DNA from: Candidatus Micrarchaeota archaeon
GTDB lineage: Archaea; Micrarchaeota; Micrarchaeia; Norongarragalinales; SBBD01
DNA: 64,000 bases
Direction: 5' to 3'
Assembly: GCA_016212475.1 (NCBI GenBank)
Contig: JACRGC010000002.1
Coordinates: forward strand, 3,897-67,896
Within the stretch, counting starts at the first letter, position 1. Each line of letters begins with the position of its first letter. The notes under the pieces are model-generated. The model was not told where the DNA came from and made no database searches. It worked only from the letters and a program-made list of their open reading frames with translations. Below are positions 1-9,974 of the stretch, piece by piece. Both the position numbers and the translations under genes were made by a program.

Positions 1-510
1 AAACAATGCAGTTCCAATTGTGCTTCCTGACCTTGAAATGCCAGGCATTATTGCAATTCCTTGCGCAATCCCAATCAAAAATGCGTGTTTTGCGCTGATT
101 TTTGCGCTTCCTTTTATTTTTTCGCAGACCATGAAAAAAGTTCCCGTCAAAATGAGCGCAATCCCAATTGAAAACGGGCTTGAAAATGACGATTCGAAAA
201 ATCCCCTGAACGTAAAGCCGATAATTGCGGTTGGAATGCTTGCCAAAATAACAAAGCTTGCCATTTTGAAGTTTTCATCCTCTTTGTCAAATTTCAAAAT
301 AGATTTTACCATCTCAAATATGGTTTTTCGGAAATAAACCACAACCGCAATCAAGGTTCCGATATGCAAAAGTATGTCGAATATTATAGGCACTTTTACT
401 TTCATCAGAATCTGCGCAATTGCAAGGTGGGCCGAGCTCGACACCGGGAGCCATTCCGTAAGCCCTTGTATCATTGCTAAAATTACCGCTTGAAAGATGT
501 CCAATGCCAT
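1..510 (-). CDS. uppP: Undecaprenyl-diphosphate phosphatase (BacA/UppP), 3' end runs off the window
   Basis: Not in ORF track. Minus strand from ATG at 510 reads MALDIFQAVILAMIQGLTEWLPVSSSAHL... and later GIAQGIAIMPGISRSGST, the two BacA signature motifs. Confidence 0.93.
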   Translation of the reverse strand, partial: MALDIFQAVILAMIQGLTEWLPVSSSAHLAIAQILMKVKVPIIFDILLHIGTLIAVVVYFRKTIFEMVKSILKFDKEDENFKMASFVILASIPTAIIGFTFRGFFESSFSSPFSIGIALILTGTFFMVCEKIKGSAKISAKHAFLIGIAQGIAIMPGISRSGSTIGTALF

Positions 511-614
511 ATTCTAACACCAAAAAAAGATGTAAAAATTCTTAATTCAATTAAGCCAACTTAAAATCTAAAATTATTTTTTCCAAACCAAAAAATGTTC
601 CTAAAACCAATTAA

Positions 615-1172
615 TTACTCCTTGATCCCAAATAGTGCATATGCAAATTTCAATCTCTCCTTGACGGAAAGCGTGCCGTATTTTTCGGGAAGCTTTGTTA
701 CATTGATGTAGCTTGCAAGAGCTGCCATGTCGACTCCGGCAAAACTAGCTGCCATCGAAAGGGAAGCGCCATGTGCGTAAATTTGCGTCCCTGCCTTGAT
801 CCTTGCCTTTTCAATAATGGTTGATTGGAATCTGCCGGTTTCCTCATTCAATTTGCCAACATCGGCAATTATGGATTCAAGTATCACTTGGAATTCATCC
901 TCGTGGTTGTTTTTTAGCTCTTCAATAGCTTCTTGCAATTTGAACAGATACTGGGCAAAAAATCCTTCCCATGGCTTGGAATCGCGTATGTAGTGCTTTT
1001 CCAAAAATTTTGCAATCGCGTAGCTAATAACAATCAAATTGACAAGCCGCCTATCCCCCCTAACATAAGCTTCCTGCGCAATTTCGCCTCCAAGCTCCTT
1101 AAGCCTTGGGATGTTGCCGCCCTTTGATTGCTTTGCCAGATCCTGCAAAATGGAAATCAGAACCAAATCCAT
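615..1172 (-). CDS. Conserved hypothetical protein with C-terminal HTH-like segment
   Basis: 185-aa ORF; C-terminal KARIKAGTQIYAHGASLSMAASFAGVD resembles a DPANN-type conserved hypothetical family (recalled, not searched). Confidence 0.7.
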   Translation of the reverse strand: MDLVLISILQDLAKQSKGGNIPRLKELGGEIAQEAYVRGDRRLVNLIVISYAIAKFLEKHYIRDSKPWEGFFAQYLFKLQEAIEELKNNHEDEFQVILESIIADVGKLNEETGRFQSTIIEKARIKAGTQIYAHGASLSMAASFAGVDMAALASYINVTKLPEKYGTLSVKERLKFAYALFGIKE

Positions 1173-1243
1173 GCAATAACCAACACAGAACTCAATTAAA
1201 AAACCAAACCTTGGAAGAATTGAAAAAATTGGCTGTTTTTACC

Positions 1244-1333
1244 TATGCAACTAAGTCCCAATCCGCCAAGTCTTATGCAGCCAATTCCAATGCAGCCAAG
1301 TCCTATGCCGCTAAGTCAATTGGCTTAAGCCTC
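1244..1333. repeat. Imperfect 15-bp tandem repeat, about 5-6 units
   Basis: tatgcaactaagtcc/caatccgccaagtct/tatgcagccaattcc/aatgcagccaagtcc/tatgccgctaagtca/attggcttaagcctc between divergent genes. Confidence 0.75.
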
Positions 1334-1393
1334 CAAACTAGCCTCTCCTTCCAAAAACTCAAAATTAATTAACCGCAATTGATTATTCAATCC

Positions 1394-2203
1394 ATGAATT
1401 CAGAAGTAATAACAAGCAGAATCATGAAAAAGCTCTATGTTGCTCCCGAAAATTCGCACAAGGGCCAAAATGGCGTTCTGACAATAATTGGCGGCTCAAA
1501 AAAATACCACGGCGCTCCCCTTCTTGCAATCAGCGCCGCCTCAAGATTTGCTGACCTATTGTATTTCCACTCGCCCGAAAAGCAAAACAATTCCCTTCTG
1601 CAATTCCTCAAATCCAAAAAAAGCACGTTTATTGCAATTGGCAAATCCGAAATCGCCGCCACAATAAAAAAATCCGATTGTGTGCTTATAGGAAACGGGC
1701 TTGAGCTAAATCCCCAGAACAAGAGGCTGGTAAATTCCCTCCTAAAAAAATTCCCTTCAAAAAAGTTCATCCTTGACGCCGGAGCTTTGCATCTGGTTGA
1801 TAAAAAGCTGCTAAGTGAAAACGTTTGCCTAACCCCTCATATGCTGGAGTTTGCCTCCTTATTTGGAAAACCCGCATCCGAACAAACCGTTGTGGAAATG
1901 GCAAGCAAATGCAATTGCGTAATTCTGTTAAAGCATCCGGATGGCGATCTGGTTTCAGATGGCTATGAAATCGCAAAAAATTTCACCGGAAACGAAGGCA
2001 TGACAAAAGGCGGAACCGGCGATGTTTTAGCCGGCCTTCTTGCAGCAATTGCATGCAAAAACGATCTATTCACATCCGCAAAATCTGCCGCATTCCTAAA
2101 CGGCTACGCTGGCGATTTATTGAAAAAGCGCATGGGAACTAATTTTGATGCGCAGGATTTGGCGGATGAACTTGCCAATGCGTATATGGAAGCTAAAAAG
2201 TAG
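1394..2203 (+). CDS. nnrD: ADP-dependent NAD(P)H-hydrate dehydratase (YjeF C-terminal)
   Basis: SHKGQNG, IGGS..YHGAP, DAGAL, LTPH..EF, GGTGDVLAG motifs; ATG at 1394 preferred over TTG at 1379. Confidence 0.92.
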   Translation: MNSEVITSRIMKKLYVAPENSHKGQNGVLTIIGGSKKYHGAPLLAISAASRFADLLYFHSPEKQNNSLLQFLKSKKSTFIAIGKSEIAATIKKSDCVLIGNGLELNPQNKRLVNSLLKKFPSKKFILDAGALHLVDKKLLSENVCLTPHMLEFASLFGKPASEQTVVEMASKCNCVILLKHPDGDLVSDGYEIAKNFTGNEGMTKGGTGDVLAGLLAAIACKNDLFTSAKSAAFLNGYAGDLLKKRMGTNFDAQDLADELANAYMEAKK

Positions 2204-2285
2204 ATCGATTGGAAATTGGTTGGAATTGGGCGGCTGTTTGTTAAAAATTATTAGGCATTATCTCATTTGCCAATCATTTCCATCC

Positions 2286-3218
2286 TTACAATTTGAATGG
2301 CAAAATGTGGTAGAGGAACAAGAACAAAAGCCCAAAGAAAATCAGGGGCGGAAGCGCAGGCCAGTATCCTTTTTTCTTTTCTATATAGAAGAAAAGTAGG
2401 CTCATTCCAACTGTTGAGCCAAGCATTGTTGCGATCCCATACCATGGAGATATGCCACCTGGAACTGATGAAATCTTCATTGCAGATACCATGAGCATGG
2501 TTGGAAGTGCCAAATCCCCGGTTCCAAGCTCAACTGCGTTAACTTGCACCTTTTTATAAAATTTCTTTAGCTTTTCAGCGCTTACTTTTGGGACCACCAT
2601 GTTCTTTTGGAAGTTTGCTGGGAAAGTAATGCTAAACCCAGCATCCCTATTTCCAAGCTCTTTTGCCATCGTGACCATATGCTTTGTGTAAAACACTGCA
2701 ATAATATCATAAATTGAAAGTGCCATTGCCAAAATTGCAGCCGGAACAATATCAAGGGAAGCTCCAAGCAGTGCGCCTACAATTGATGTAGCAAACAATA
2801 GGAAAATATTCCGGTAGTTTTTAAGAAGCGCGCGCGCAACAACTGCCAAAAGCGCGCCTAAAAATGAAAAATCTATGCAAAACAGCTCCTTGCCGGTGCA
2901 AACATTTGAAAAATCAAACCCGTTTGCCCCAAACACCAAATTCCCAAAACCCATGGTTCCAAAGAATATTCCAAATGCGGTGAATACCAATCCCAGTTCA
3001 AGCAGGTAAAAAAGAAGTTTTCCCTTGTAGACCTTCAAAATAAGCAAAATTACCGCAGCTGTTATGAGAATTGTGAAAAATAATGAAACTGAATTGTTGA
3101 CATCGGAAGGATCTTCAGTAACACTTACGCCAGCTGAAATCAAGATCCATCCCATCACAAATGCGAAGAGCTGGACATTAACAAAAGAGAGCAAAAGGAA
3201 AAAAGAGCCGGATTTCAT
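2286..3218 (-). CDS. Presenilin/SPP-family (GxGD) intramembrane aspartyl protease
   Basis: Multi-TM protein with YD, LGTGD and PALP motifs. Confidence 0.9.
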   Translation of the reverse strand: MKSGSFFLLLSFVNVQLFAFVMGWILISAGVSVTEDPSDVNNSVSLFFTILITAAVILLILKVYKGKLLFYLLELGLVFTAFGIFFGTMGFGNLVFGANGFDFSNVCTGKELFCIDFSFLGALLAVVARALLKNYRNIFLLFATSIVGALLGASLDIVPAAILAMALSIYDIIAVFYTKHMVTMAKELGNRDAGFSITFPANFQKNMVVPKVSAEKLKKFYKKVQVNAVELGTGDLALPTMLMVSAMKISSVPGGISPWYGIATMLGSTVGMSLLFFYIEKKKGYWPALPPLIFFGLLFLFLYHILPFKL

Positions 3219-3222
3219 GGTT

Positions 3223-3531
3223 TCAACTCTTATGCGCCTTGTTCTTCAAATAGAAATTGGAATACGCGTAGCTTGCAGCCCCAATTGCCAAATAGATCAG
3301 GTAAACGGAAATCGTGTTGATTGGCATCCTAAGAAGGAAATTCAAAAAGAACAACACTAGAGGAGGGATTGTTATTGAAAATGTAAGCGAATAAACAATG
3401 CGTTCAAGCTCGTCCACTTCATCTTTTTTGAAGAAAACCAGTGACAAGAAGTATCCGGATGCAAAAAACAATATTACTCCCCCAATCCCCTGAAGAACGC
3501 TGATTAAATCGACCATATTTCCCACATTCAC
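3223..3531 (-). CDS. Small membrane protein (DUF1616 N-terminal-like)
   Basis: 3 TM helices, GY.LS..FF...D.LER...S pattern; 4 bp upstream of the presenilin gene. Confidence 0.65.
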   Translation of the reverse strand: MNVGNMVDLISVLQGIGGVILFFASGYFLSLVFFKKDEVDELERIVYSLTFSITIPPLVLFFLNFLLRMPINTISVYLIYLAIGAASYAYSNFYLKNKAHKS

Positions 3532-3721
3532 AATTAAACGTTAAAAACCGTCAACTGCGGATTTTCTTAGCAAATTGAGTATTTTAAACCTAGTGGTTAA
3601 CCTTTAGAGGATATTATAATAATTTCACCATATTAATAATGCAAGGAATATTGCCATATAATGCACGGAATATTGTAATTGGCATTTTTAGCTGAACAAT
3701 CTTATGGATCAGGGAGTATGA

Positions 3722-4831
3722 ATGGAAAATAAGGCAATCGTCATTGGCGCATCAGCAGTAGGCTCAATTACTGCAAAGGAGCTTTCCCGCAGGGGAATTG
3801 AGGTTGATTTGCTGGAAGAGGATTCGCGCGTTGGCAAATTCGGAAAATGCGGAGGGATTTTTTCAAAGCATGGAATGGATTACACGGGTATCAACTACCA
3901 GGATCTGATTTTGAATGAAATCAAGGGCGCAAGGATAATTGCCGGAAAAGAAGAGCTAAATGTCAGAACGCCACAAACGCAGGCAGTTGTTCTTTCAAGG
4001 CAGGCATTTGATGAACGGGCAGCTGATGAGGCAGTTTCCGCCGGAGCAAACCTGCATTTGAATAGCCGCGCCCGCAATTTTGACACAAACGGCAAAATAA
4101 CCGTTAAAACCACCGATAATCATTCTTATTCTGCAAATGTAGCAATCGGTTGCGATGGCAACTCCTCAATTACCGCAAGAAAACTCGAATTTCCTGAAAT
4201 TCCGCAATCTGATTATGTGATCAGCTACCAAGCAGAATTTGACAAGGCAAATGTCCCAACTCCCGACATTGTCGATTTGATTTTGGATCACAAATATTAC
4301 AAGAACTTTTTTGCCTGGACTATACCTATTTCAGATAAGAAAATCCGAATAGGAATTGCAACAACTGAAATCAAAAAAATCGAGGATGCCAAAAAAGCAG
4401 CTTTTGCAGATCCATACCTTTCTTCCCTAATTAAAAACGCCAATAAAACTTTCGAATTCTACCACATGATTCCCCTAAAATACAGAAAAACAACGCAAAA
4501 AACCTATGGAAGTTCACACGTTCTGCTTGCCGGCGATTCTGCCGGGCAGGTGAAGGCAACTTCCGGCGGTGGAGTCAATTTCGGCGCCAAATGCGCAAAA
4601 GTAGCCGCCGAAGAAACCGCAAATTACCTTCTTCATGAAAAACCCCTCGAATACGAAAAAAACTGGCGAAAAAAACACGGAAAAACCCTCAAATTCCACT
4701 ATATTCTCCACCGGATGTACCGATTGATGCCCAATTGGCTCTCTGAAATGGGAATAGGTGTCAGCCGGCGAATCGGCATGCAGCCCCTGCTTGAAAAATA
4801 CGGGGATATGGATTATGTGTTCAAAATTTGA
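3722..4831 (+). CDS. Geranylgeranyl reductase family FAD-dependent oxidoreductase
   Basis: Rossmann IGAS..G, CGG, R..FD, GCDG, LAGDSAGQVKATSGGG motifs. Confidence 0.88.
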   Translation: MENKAIVIGASAVGSITAKELSRRGIEVDLLEEDSRVGKFGKCGGIFSKHGMDYTGINYQDLILNEIKGARIIAGKEELNVRTPQTQAVVLSRQAFDERAADEAVSAGANLHLNSRARNFDTNGKITVKTTDNHSYSANVAIGCDGNSSITARKLEFPEIPQSDYVISYQAEFDKANVPTPDIVDLILDHKYYKNFFAWTIPISDKKIRIGIATTEIKKIEDAKKAAFADPYLSSLIKNANKTFEFYHMIPLKYRKTTQKTYGSSHVLLAGDSAGQVKATSGGGVNFGAKCAKVAAEETANYLLHEKPLEYEKNWRKKHGKTLKFHYILHRMYRLMPNWLSEMGIGVSRRIGMQPLLEKYGDMDYVFKI

Positions 4832-4966
4832 TTGAGGTTGAGCGCTATTGAGCACATAACTTGCTAAATTTTACCTAACTCTCAAAATCTGTGATTTTTA
4901 CCCGTTTTTGCGCCCATCAAATGTTTTATATTAAGGTAATTCCATAAAACACAGAAGGCAAATCCT

Positions 4967-6649
4967 ATGGCATCGACCGAACAAAATAATCATTTAGAAG
5001 GGGCATCTCCAGAAGAGTTAGTCCATTTGACAAATATTTATAGTGTGTTTGGCACTAAGCATTCCAACCATTATATAGAGGCTGCAAGGCGCCTTAAGGA
5101 TTTAAAATTCCCAATCAGGACACAGCTTGCAGGTTTATATCATGGAATTCCGGGCATTATGAGGAGATTAAACGATAAAAATGAATTTACCCATTTATCT
5201 CCAAAGCAAAGGGCAGCTTATCAAATTAAAGTCAGGCAAGTTTTTGATTCGATTCCAAAAAAAGTTAAACCAATTATAGTAAATTATGATAGGCTAAGGC
5301 GGACAACTGGCGAAAGTGAAATAACTTCCGAGCAAATGGGGGATTTTCTTCACAGAATTTCCGAGCATAGCGCAGATTTATTTTGGATTAGGGCTGTTGA
5401 TCGATACGATCGCATGCGCGATTTTTCATTGCCTGCAAAGCACAGAGAAAACGCCGCAAACGCCGCATTAAACTTTTATGTCCCTTTGCTTAAGAGGATA
5501 AATCATTATGCCTTTGCAGGAATGCTAGAGGATATGGCCCTAAGCACACTTAATCCGACTCTGTATTCAAAAATGGAAAAAGTTATTTTGGATAATTTGA
5601 AAATCAGCGAAAAAAATGCAGAATCTATGCTTCGGCCAATTGCCGAATCAATTCCGGGAGTTACGATCAAGGCCAGGCGCAAATCCGTATTCTCGACTTT
5701 CAATAAAATGTTTCCAAGAGTCAACATGCTAAAAATCAATCCTGAAAAATTAAGCTATAATAAGATTCGGCAAAATTTTAATGATAAAGTCCGCGATTCT
5801 ATCGCTGCACGGGTAATAGTGCCCGTTGCCGATTCCCAGGAAGAGAAATTCCGCTATATAAATGAAGCTGTCGAAAAATTGAGGCAAATGTTCCCTGGGA
5901 CAAAGGAAAATCCATTATTTTTCAAAATTAGGAAGAGATTTATCGAAAATCCAAAGCAAAATGGGTATCAATCCATTCATGCCCAAGTTTATGAAAATCC
6001 AAAAGCTAAAAATCCAATTTTTGAAATCCAAATCAGAGATTATTTAATGGATTGGCTATCAGAATACGGCGGTCAAGCTGAAAAAATTCCTTTGAATAAA
6101 ATTTATGGCAATTTACCATCAACGAATGCCATTTTAAGAACAGATCAGGCTCACGATGATTACAAAAACACTTCCTACGGAACAAAGACTGTCAAGCCCG
6201 ATCTTAACGTTTTGCTAAATTTGCGGCTTTATTCACTTTATTTAAAAACGAATAAATCTGGTACCTTTCCAGACAGTTTTGAGTTAAGGTCATTTTTAAA
6301 AAATAAAAAAGAGCTAATAAGAAAAGAAAAGGTTATCGCCCCAAATACTGTTTTAGCGGATATGGCTGGGCCTCGCTCGCTTCCCGAGGGGTCAAAAGTA
6401 TTCGATTTATTAGTTTCCGCACATCCTTATCAAGCAGATTCAATCCGGGAAATCGAACAGATTTCCCCAAACGGGGAAAAAATTAAGGTTTCTTTGAGTT
6501 CGCCTGTCTTGTTTGGACATACCTATTTGCCAAAATTTGAAAAAACACGGGAAATCGATTATTTCAAGCCCTTTGCAACGACACCGGAAGCAAAGCAATG
6601 GCTTTCAAACAAGCAAAAACTTCTTGATGCTCTGAAAAAGAAAAAGTAA
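4967..6649 (+). CDS. RelA/SpoT homologue: degenerate HD domain, synthetase domain, degenerate TGS-like tail
   Basis: ARRKSVFSTFNKM, RDSIAARVIV, PKQNGYQSIH, FEIQIR, AHDDYK synthetase motifs; AGLYHG and RAVDRYDRMR as decayed hydrolase motifs; LPEGS..D TGS-like. Confidence 0.85.
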   Translation: MASTEQNNHLEGASPEELVHLTNIYSVFGTKHSNHYIEAARRLKDLKFPIRTQLAGLYHGIPGIMRRLNDKNEFTHLSPKQRAAYQIKVRQVFDSIPKKVKPIIVNYDRLRRTTGESEITSEQMGDFLHRISEHSADLFWIRAVDRYDRMRDFSLPAKHRENAANAALNFYVPLLKRINHYAFAGMLEDMALSTLNPTLYSKMEKVILDNLKISEKNAESMLRPIAESIPGVTIKARRKSVFSTFNKMFPRVNMLKINPEKLSYNKIRQNFNDKVRDSIAARVIVPVADSQEEKFRYINEAVEKLRQMFPGTKENPLFFKIRKRFIENPKQNGYQSIHAQVYENPKAKNPIFEIQIRDYLMDWLSEYGGQAEKIPLNKIYGNLPSTNAILRTDQAHDDYKNTSYGTKTVKPDLNVLLNLRLYSLYLKTNKSGTFPDSFELRSFLKNKKELIRKEKVIAPNTVLADMAGPRSLPEGSKVFDLLVSAHPYQADSIREIEQISPNGEKIKVSLSSPVLFGHTYLPKFEKTREIDYFKPFATTPEAKQWLSNKQKLLDALKKKK

Positions 6650-6761
6650 GGAAGCTATAAACCTAACCTCGGATTCGTTTCTTTCCATTTCCGCTATATT
6701 TTTATTACCAAACAAGGCTAACCTATCTAATTAAATTCGCCTGAGCTGAAATGGAATTATC

Positions 6762-9458
6762 ATGCTAACAAAAGAATCCTTGATTAGGGAATTTGAAAAG
6801 GAATACAAGAAATACTACGAAGTTGAGCTGTTTAGGAAGGAAGGTTTTACTCGAAAGAAATGCAAAACCTGCAATAAGGCATTCTGGTCAACAACAGCTG
6901 AAGCGAATTGTGGAGATTCATCCCATAACGATTATTCCTTTTTTGGCAAGCAGCGCCCAAAATCAGAACTGCTTACCTACTCTCAATTCTGGAAAAAATA
7001 CGCTGATTTTTGGAAGAAGAACGGGCACGAACTTTTACCGAGGTATCCGGTTATTTGCAGATGGCGTGATGATCTCTATTTTACAATTGCCAGCATTGTG
7101 GATTTCCAGCGTCTTGAAAAAGGCAAAGTGGTTTTTGAATACCCCTCTTCTCCGCTCATGGTACCTCAAATCTGCCTTCGCTTTGTTGATATTGCAAACG
7201 TAGGTGTAACTGGAAGGCACCTTAGCTGTTTTATGATGGCCGGACAGCATGCATTCAATGAGAAAAAATCTTTAAAGGGGGAAAAATCAAAAGAATATTG
7301 GAAGGACGAAACAATTGAATTCAATTTCAAATTCCTAACCCAAGTTCTTGGAATTCCAAAGGACAAAATCACATACGGCGAGGATCTTTGGCACATGCCA
7401 GATTTTTCAGCATTTGGCCCATCAATTGAAAGCTTTTCCGGCGGTCTTGAATTAGTAAACAGCGTTTTCATGCAATTTAGGGCAACTTCGGATGGCAAAT
7501 TCGAAGAGCTTGACACTCGTGTAATTGATGTTGGCTGGGGGTTTGAAAGATTGCTTTGGTTTTACAACAAGACCCTTTCGGTTTACGATTCCGTGTTTCC
7601 TGAGGAAATCGCATTCATGCGAAAAAAATCCCATCTTGAAATTGATGACAAGCTCTATGAGAACTATTCCAAACTGGCTGCTAAACTAAACATCGAAGAA
7701 GTGCATAACCTTAAGGAGGAAAAGGAAAAAATCGCATCCAACCTTGGGATTTCACTTGCACACTTGGAAAAGACAATTGCTCCGCTTCAGGCAATTTACG
7801 CAATTTCCGACCATTCAAGAAGCCTTCTTTTTGCGCTAACCGATGGGGCGCTTCCATCCAATTCTGCTGGGGGCTACAATTTGCGTATTTTGCTACGAAG
7901 GGCTTTTGGTTTCATTGACGAGTATGGATTCGATTTTGACGTTTTTGAAATCATGCAAATGCAGGCAAAAGGCTACAAGGAAATATTCCCGGAGCTTTCT
8001 GAAAATTTGGAAGGGATCAAGCAGGTTCTCATAATTGAAAGAAGGAAATACGAGGAAACCAAGGAAAAGGCAAAGCGGCTTGCAACAGAAATTCTAAAGA
8101 AAGGCGATTTGAACGCGGAAAAACTCCAGATGCTCTATGAATCGCACGGAGTCACTCCGGAAATTTTGGAAAATGTTGCAAAATCACTTGGCATAGAGGC
8201 AAAAATACCCACGGATTACTACCGAAAAGTCACTGAAAAGCACATAATGGATACGAAAACCAAAAAAGATCCCCTCCTTGAAAACGCAAAGTTCCAAAAA
8301 CTTCCAAAAACCAAATTGATTTACTATGAGGATGTGAACAAACTTGCGGATTTGGCAAAAGTGATTGCAATTTTTGATGATAAAATTGTTTTGGATAAAT
8401 CAATCATCTACCCTGAAGGCGGAGGGCAAGTTGCGGATTTTGGGACAATTGGGCAGGCTAAAGTTTTGGACGCACAGAAAACAGATGGAGTTGTTCTGAT
8501 GAAGGTGGATAAGCCAAATCTTCTAAAGGAAGGCTCAAGTTATGATATTTTGGTGGATAAGGCTCGTCGCATGTCCCTTCGAAGGCACCACTCTGCAACC
8601 CACATAATGATTGCAAGCTGCCGACAAATTCTTGGAAATCACATCTGGCAAGCTGGCGCTAAAAAAGAAGAAGAGGAAGCGCATTTGGATATTACTCACT
8701 ATGAAAAACCTTCCCTTGAGCAGCTCCAAAAAATCGAGCAGCTCGCAAACAAGCACGTCCTTGACAATGTGAAAGTCAACATCAATTTCTGGAACCGAGG
8801 GGAAGCTGAAAGAAAATACGGCTTTAGGCTCTATCAAGGAGGCGGGGCAATTGGGAATGTAATACGGGTTGTCGAATACGTTGGAGTTGATGTCGAAGCT
8901 TGCGGGGGGCTCCACTGCGAATCTTCCGGAATGGTTGGCATAATAAAAATCGTCGGATGTGAACAGATTCAAGACGGAGTTGTTAGGATCAGATACAAAG
9001 CCGGAGAGCAAGCACTAAAATGGATCCAAAAACGCGAGGAAATCCTGAAGAATGCCTCATTTGAGCTAAAGGTGCAAGAAGAGCAGCTTCCAGCAACGGT
9101 AAAACGCTTTTTTGATGAGTGGAAAAGCCTAGGAAAACAGCTTGAAAAGGCTCAGGAGGATATGGCAAACAATTCGGCAATAAAATTGGTGCATGAAGCA
9201 AAAGAGATGCTAAAAGAGGCGCATTCAAAAAAGCTTATCAAATTGGAGCTTAGGCTTTCGCCCCCGCTTCTTGAAAGGGTTGCTCTCGAGGTTTCAAAGG
9301 TTGAGGGGATGGCGATCCTATTAACAAATCCGGATGGGTTTGCAATTGCAGCTGTAAATGAGCATTCCAAACTATCCGCATTAGATCTAATCAAGGAAGC
9401 CGGAGCAAAGGGCGGAGGCAACAAAAACATTGCAAGAGGGAAAATCATTCAGAAATAG
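6762..9458 (+). CDS. alaS: Alanine--tRNA ligase (archaeal type)
   Basis: N-terminal CxxC, RWRDDLYFTIASI, IDVGWGFER, HSATH and CGGLH editing motifs, GGG..ARG C-terminus. Confidence 0.97.
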   Translation: MLTKESLIREFEKEYKKYYEVELFRKEGFTRKKCKTCNKAFWSTTAEANCGDSSHNDYSFFGKQRPKSELLTYSQFWKKYADFWKKNGHELLPRYPVICRWRDDLYFTIASIVDFQRLEKGKVVFEYPSSPLMVPQICLRFVDIANVGVTGRHLSCFMMAGQHAFNEKKSLKGEKSKEYWKDETIEFNFKFLTQVLGIPKDKITYGEDLWHMPDFSAFGPSIESFSGGLELVNSVFMQFRATSDGKFEELDTRVIDVGWGFERLLWFYNKTLSVYDSVFPEEIAFMRKKSHLEIDDKLYENYSKLAAKLNIEEVHNLKEEKEKIASNLGISLAHLEKTIAPLQAIYAISDHSRSLLFALTDGALPSNSAGGYNLRILLRRAFGFIDEYGFDFDVFEIMQMQAKGYKEIFPELSENLEGIKQVLIIERRKYEETKEKAKRLATEILKKGDLNAEKLQMLYESHGVTPEILENVAKSLGIEAKIPTDYYRKVTEKHIMDTKTKKDPLLENAKFQKLPKTKLIYYEDVNKLADLAKVIAIFDDKIVLDKSIIYPEGGGQVADFGTIGQAKVLDAQKTDGVVLMKVDKPNLLKEGSSYDILVDKARRMSLRRHHSATHIMIASCRQILGNHIWQAGAKKEEEEAHLDITHYEKPSLEQLQKIEQLANKHVLDNVKVNINFWNRGEAERKYGFRLYQGGGAIGNVIRVVEYVGVDVEACGGLHCESSGMVGIIKIVGCEQIQDGVVRIRYKAGEQALKWIQKREEILKNASFELKVQEEQLPATVKRFFDEWKSLGKQLEKAQEDMANNSAIKLVHEAKEMLKEAHSKKLIKLELRLSPPLLERVALEVSKVEGMAILLTNPDGFAIAAVNEHSKLSALDLIKEAGAKGGGNKNIARGKIIQK

Positions 9459-9837
9459 TTGAATTTTTCTTTATCTTTTTTTGCCTATTGATAGCTTCCC
9501 GTTCTCTAAACAATGCAGAATTTGTGTCGACCTTTAGAGGGTTGCCCATCGAATCCTGTGAATGGATGCGCCTCATATCTTTCATGAAATTTTTTCCAAT
9601 CGCTTTTTGGATTTCCCTAGAATTTATAGAATCTTGATTTGGCTGTTTTTTTGGCTTGGAATAAAACGATTCCGGAGTCAAATAGTTGATTTTTTCCTTT
9701 TCTTTTACGAGTTTAATCTGCTCCGGGGTTATGATTTTTAGGGGAAGCGGGATTAATGTAAGTGCGCCTGTCAATGCAAGAGTTCTGAGCAATTTGGCTT
9801 TCCTTGATTTTTTTGGTTTTTCCATGTTGTTTGCCAT
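9445..9837 (-). CDS. Orphan basic protein with N-terminal signal/anchor sequence
   Basis: 130-aa ORF; basic n-region then hydrophobic LLRTLALTGALTLIPLP; convergent overlap with alaS. Confidence 0.55.
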   Translation of the reverse strand: MANNMEKPKKSRKAKLLRTLALTGALTLIPLPLKIITPEQIKLVKEKEKINYLTPESFYSKPKKQPNQDSINSREIQKAIGKNFMKDMRRIHSQDSMGNPLKVDTNSALFREREAINRQKKIKKNSTISE

Positions 9838-9974
9838 TTAACCTTGGGTTTTGAAATTTATATGCATTCGGTTTGCTTGGTTAATCCATCATTCCAATTT
9901 CATTGCACTCCATACAACCGTTTTTAAATTTTTTTAGGTTTATTCCAATCAACACCGATTTTCATGTGGGAATA

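Noticed and set aside
20-523. ORFs 20-337 (+) and 314-523 (-)
   Set aside because: Antisense and out-of-frame shadows of uppP.
3636-3675. Direct repeat ATAATGCA(A/C)GGAATATTG at 22-bp spacing upstream of the reductase gene
   Set aside because: Only two copies; it could be an operator or a simple local duplication, and nothing else supports a function.
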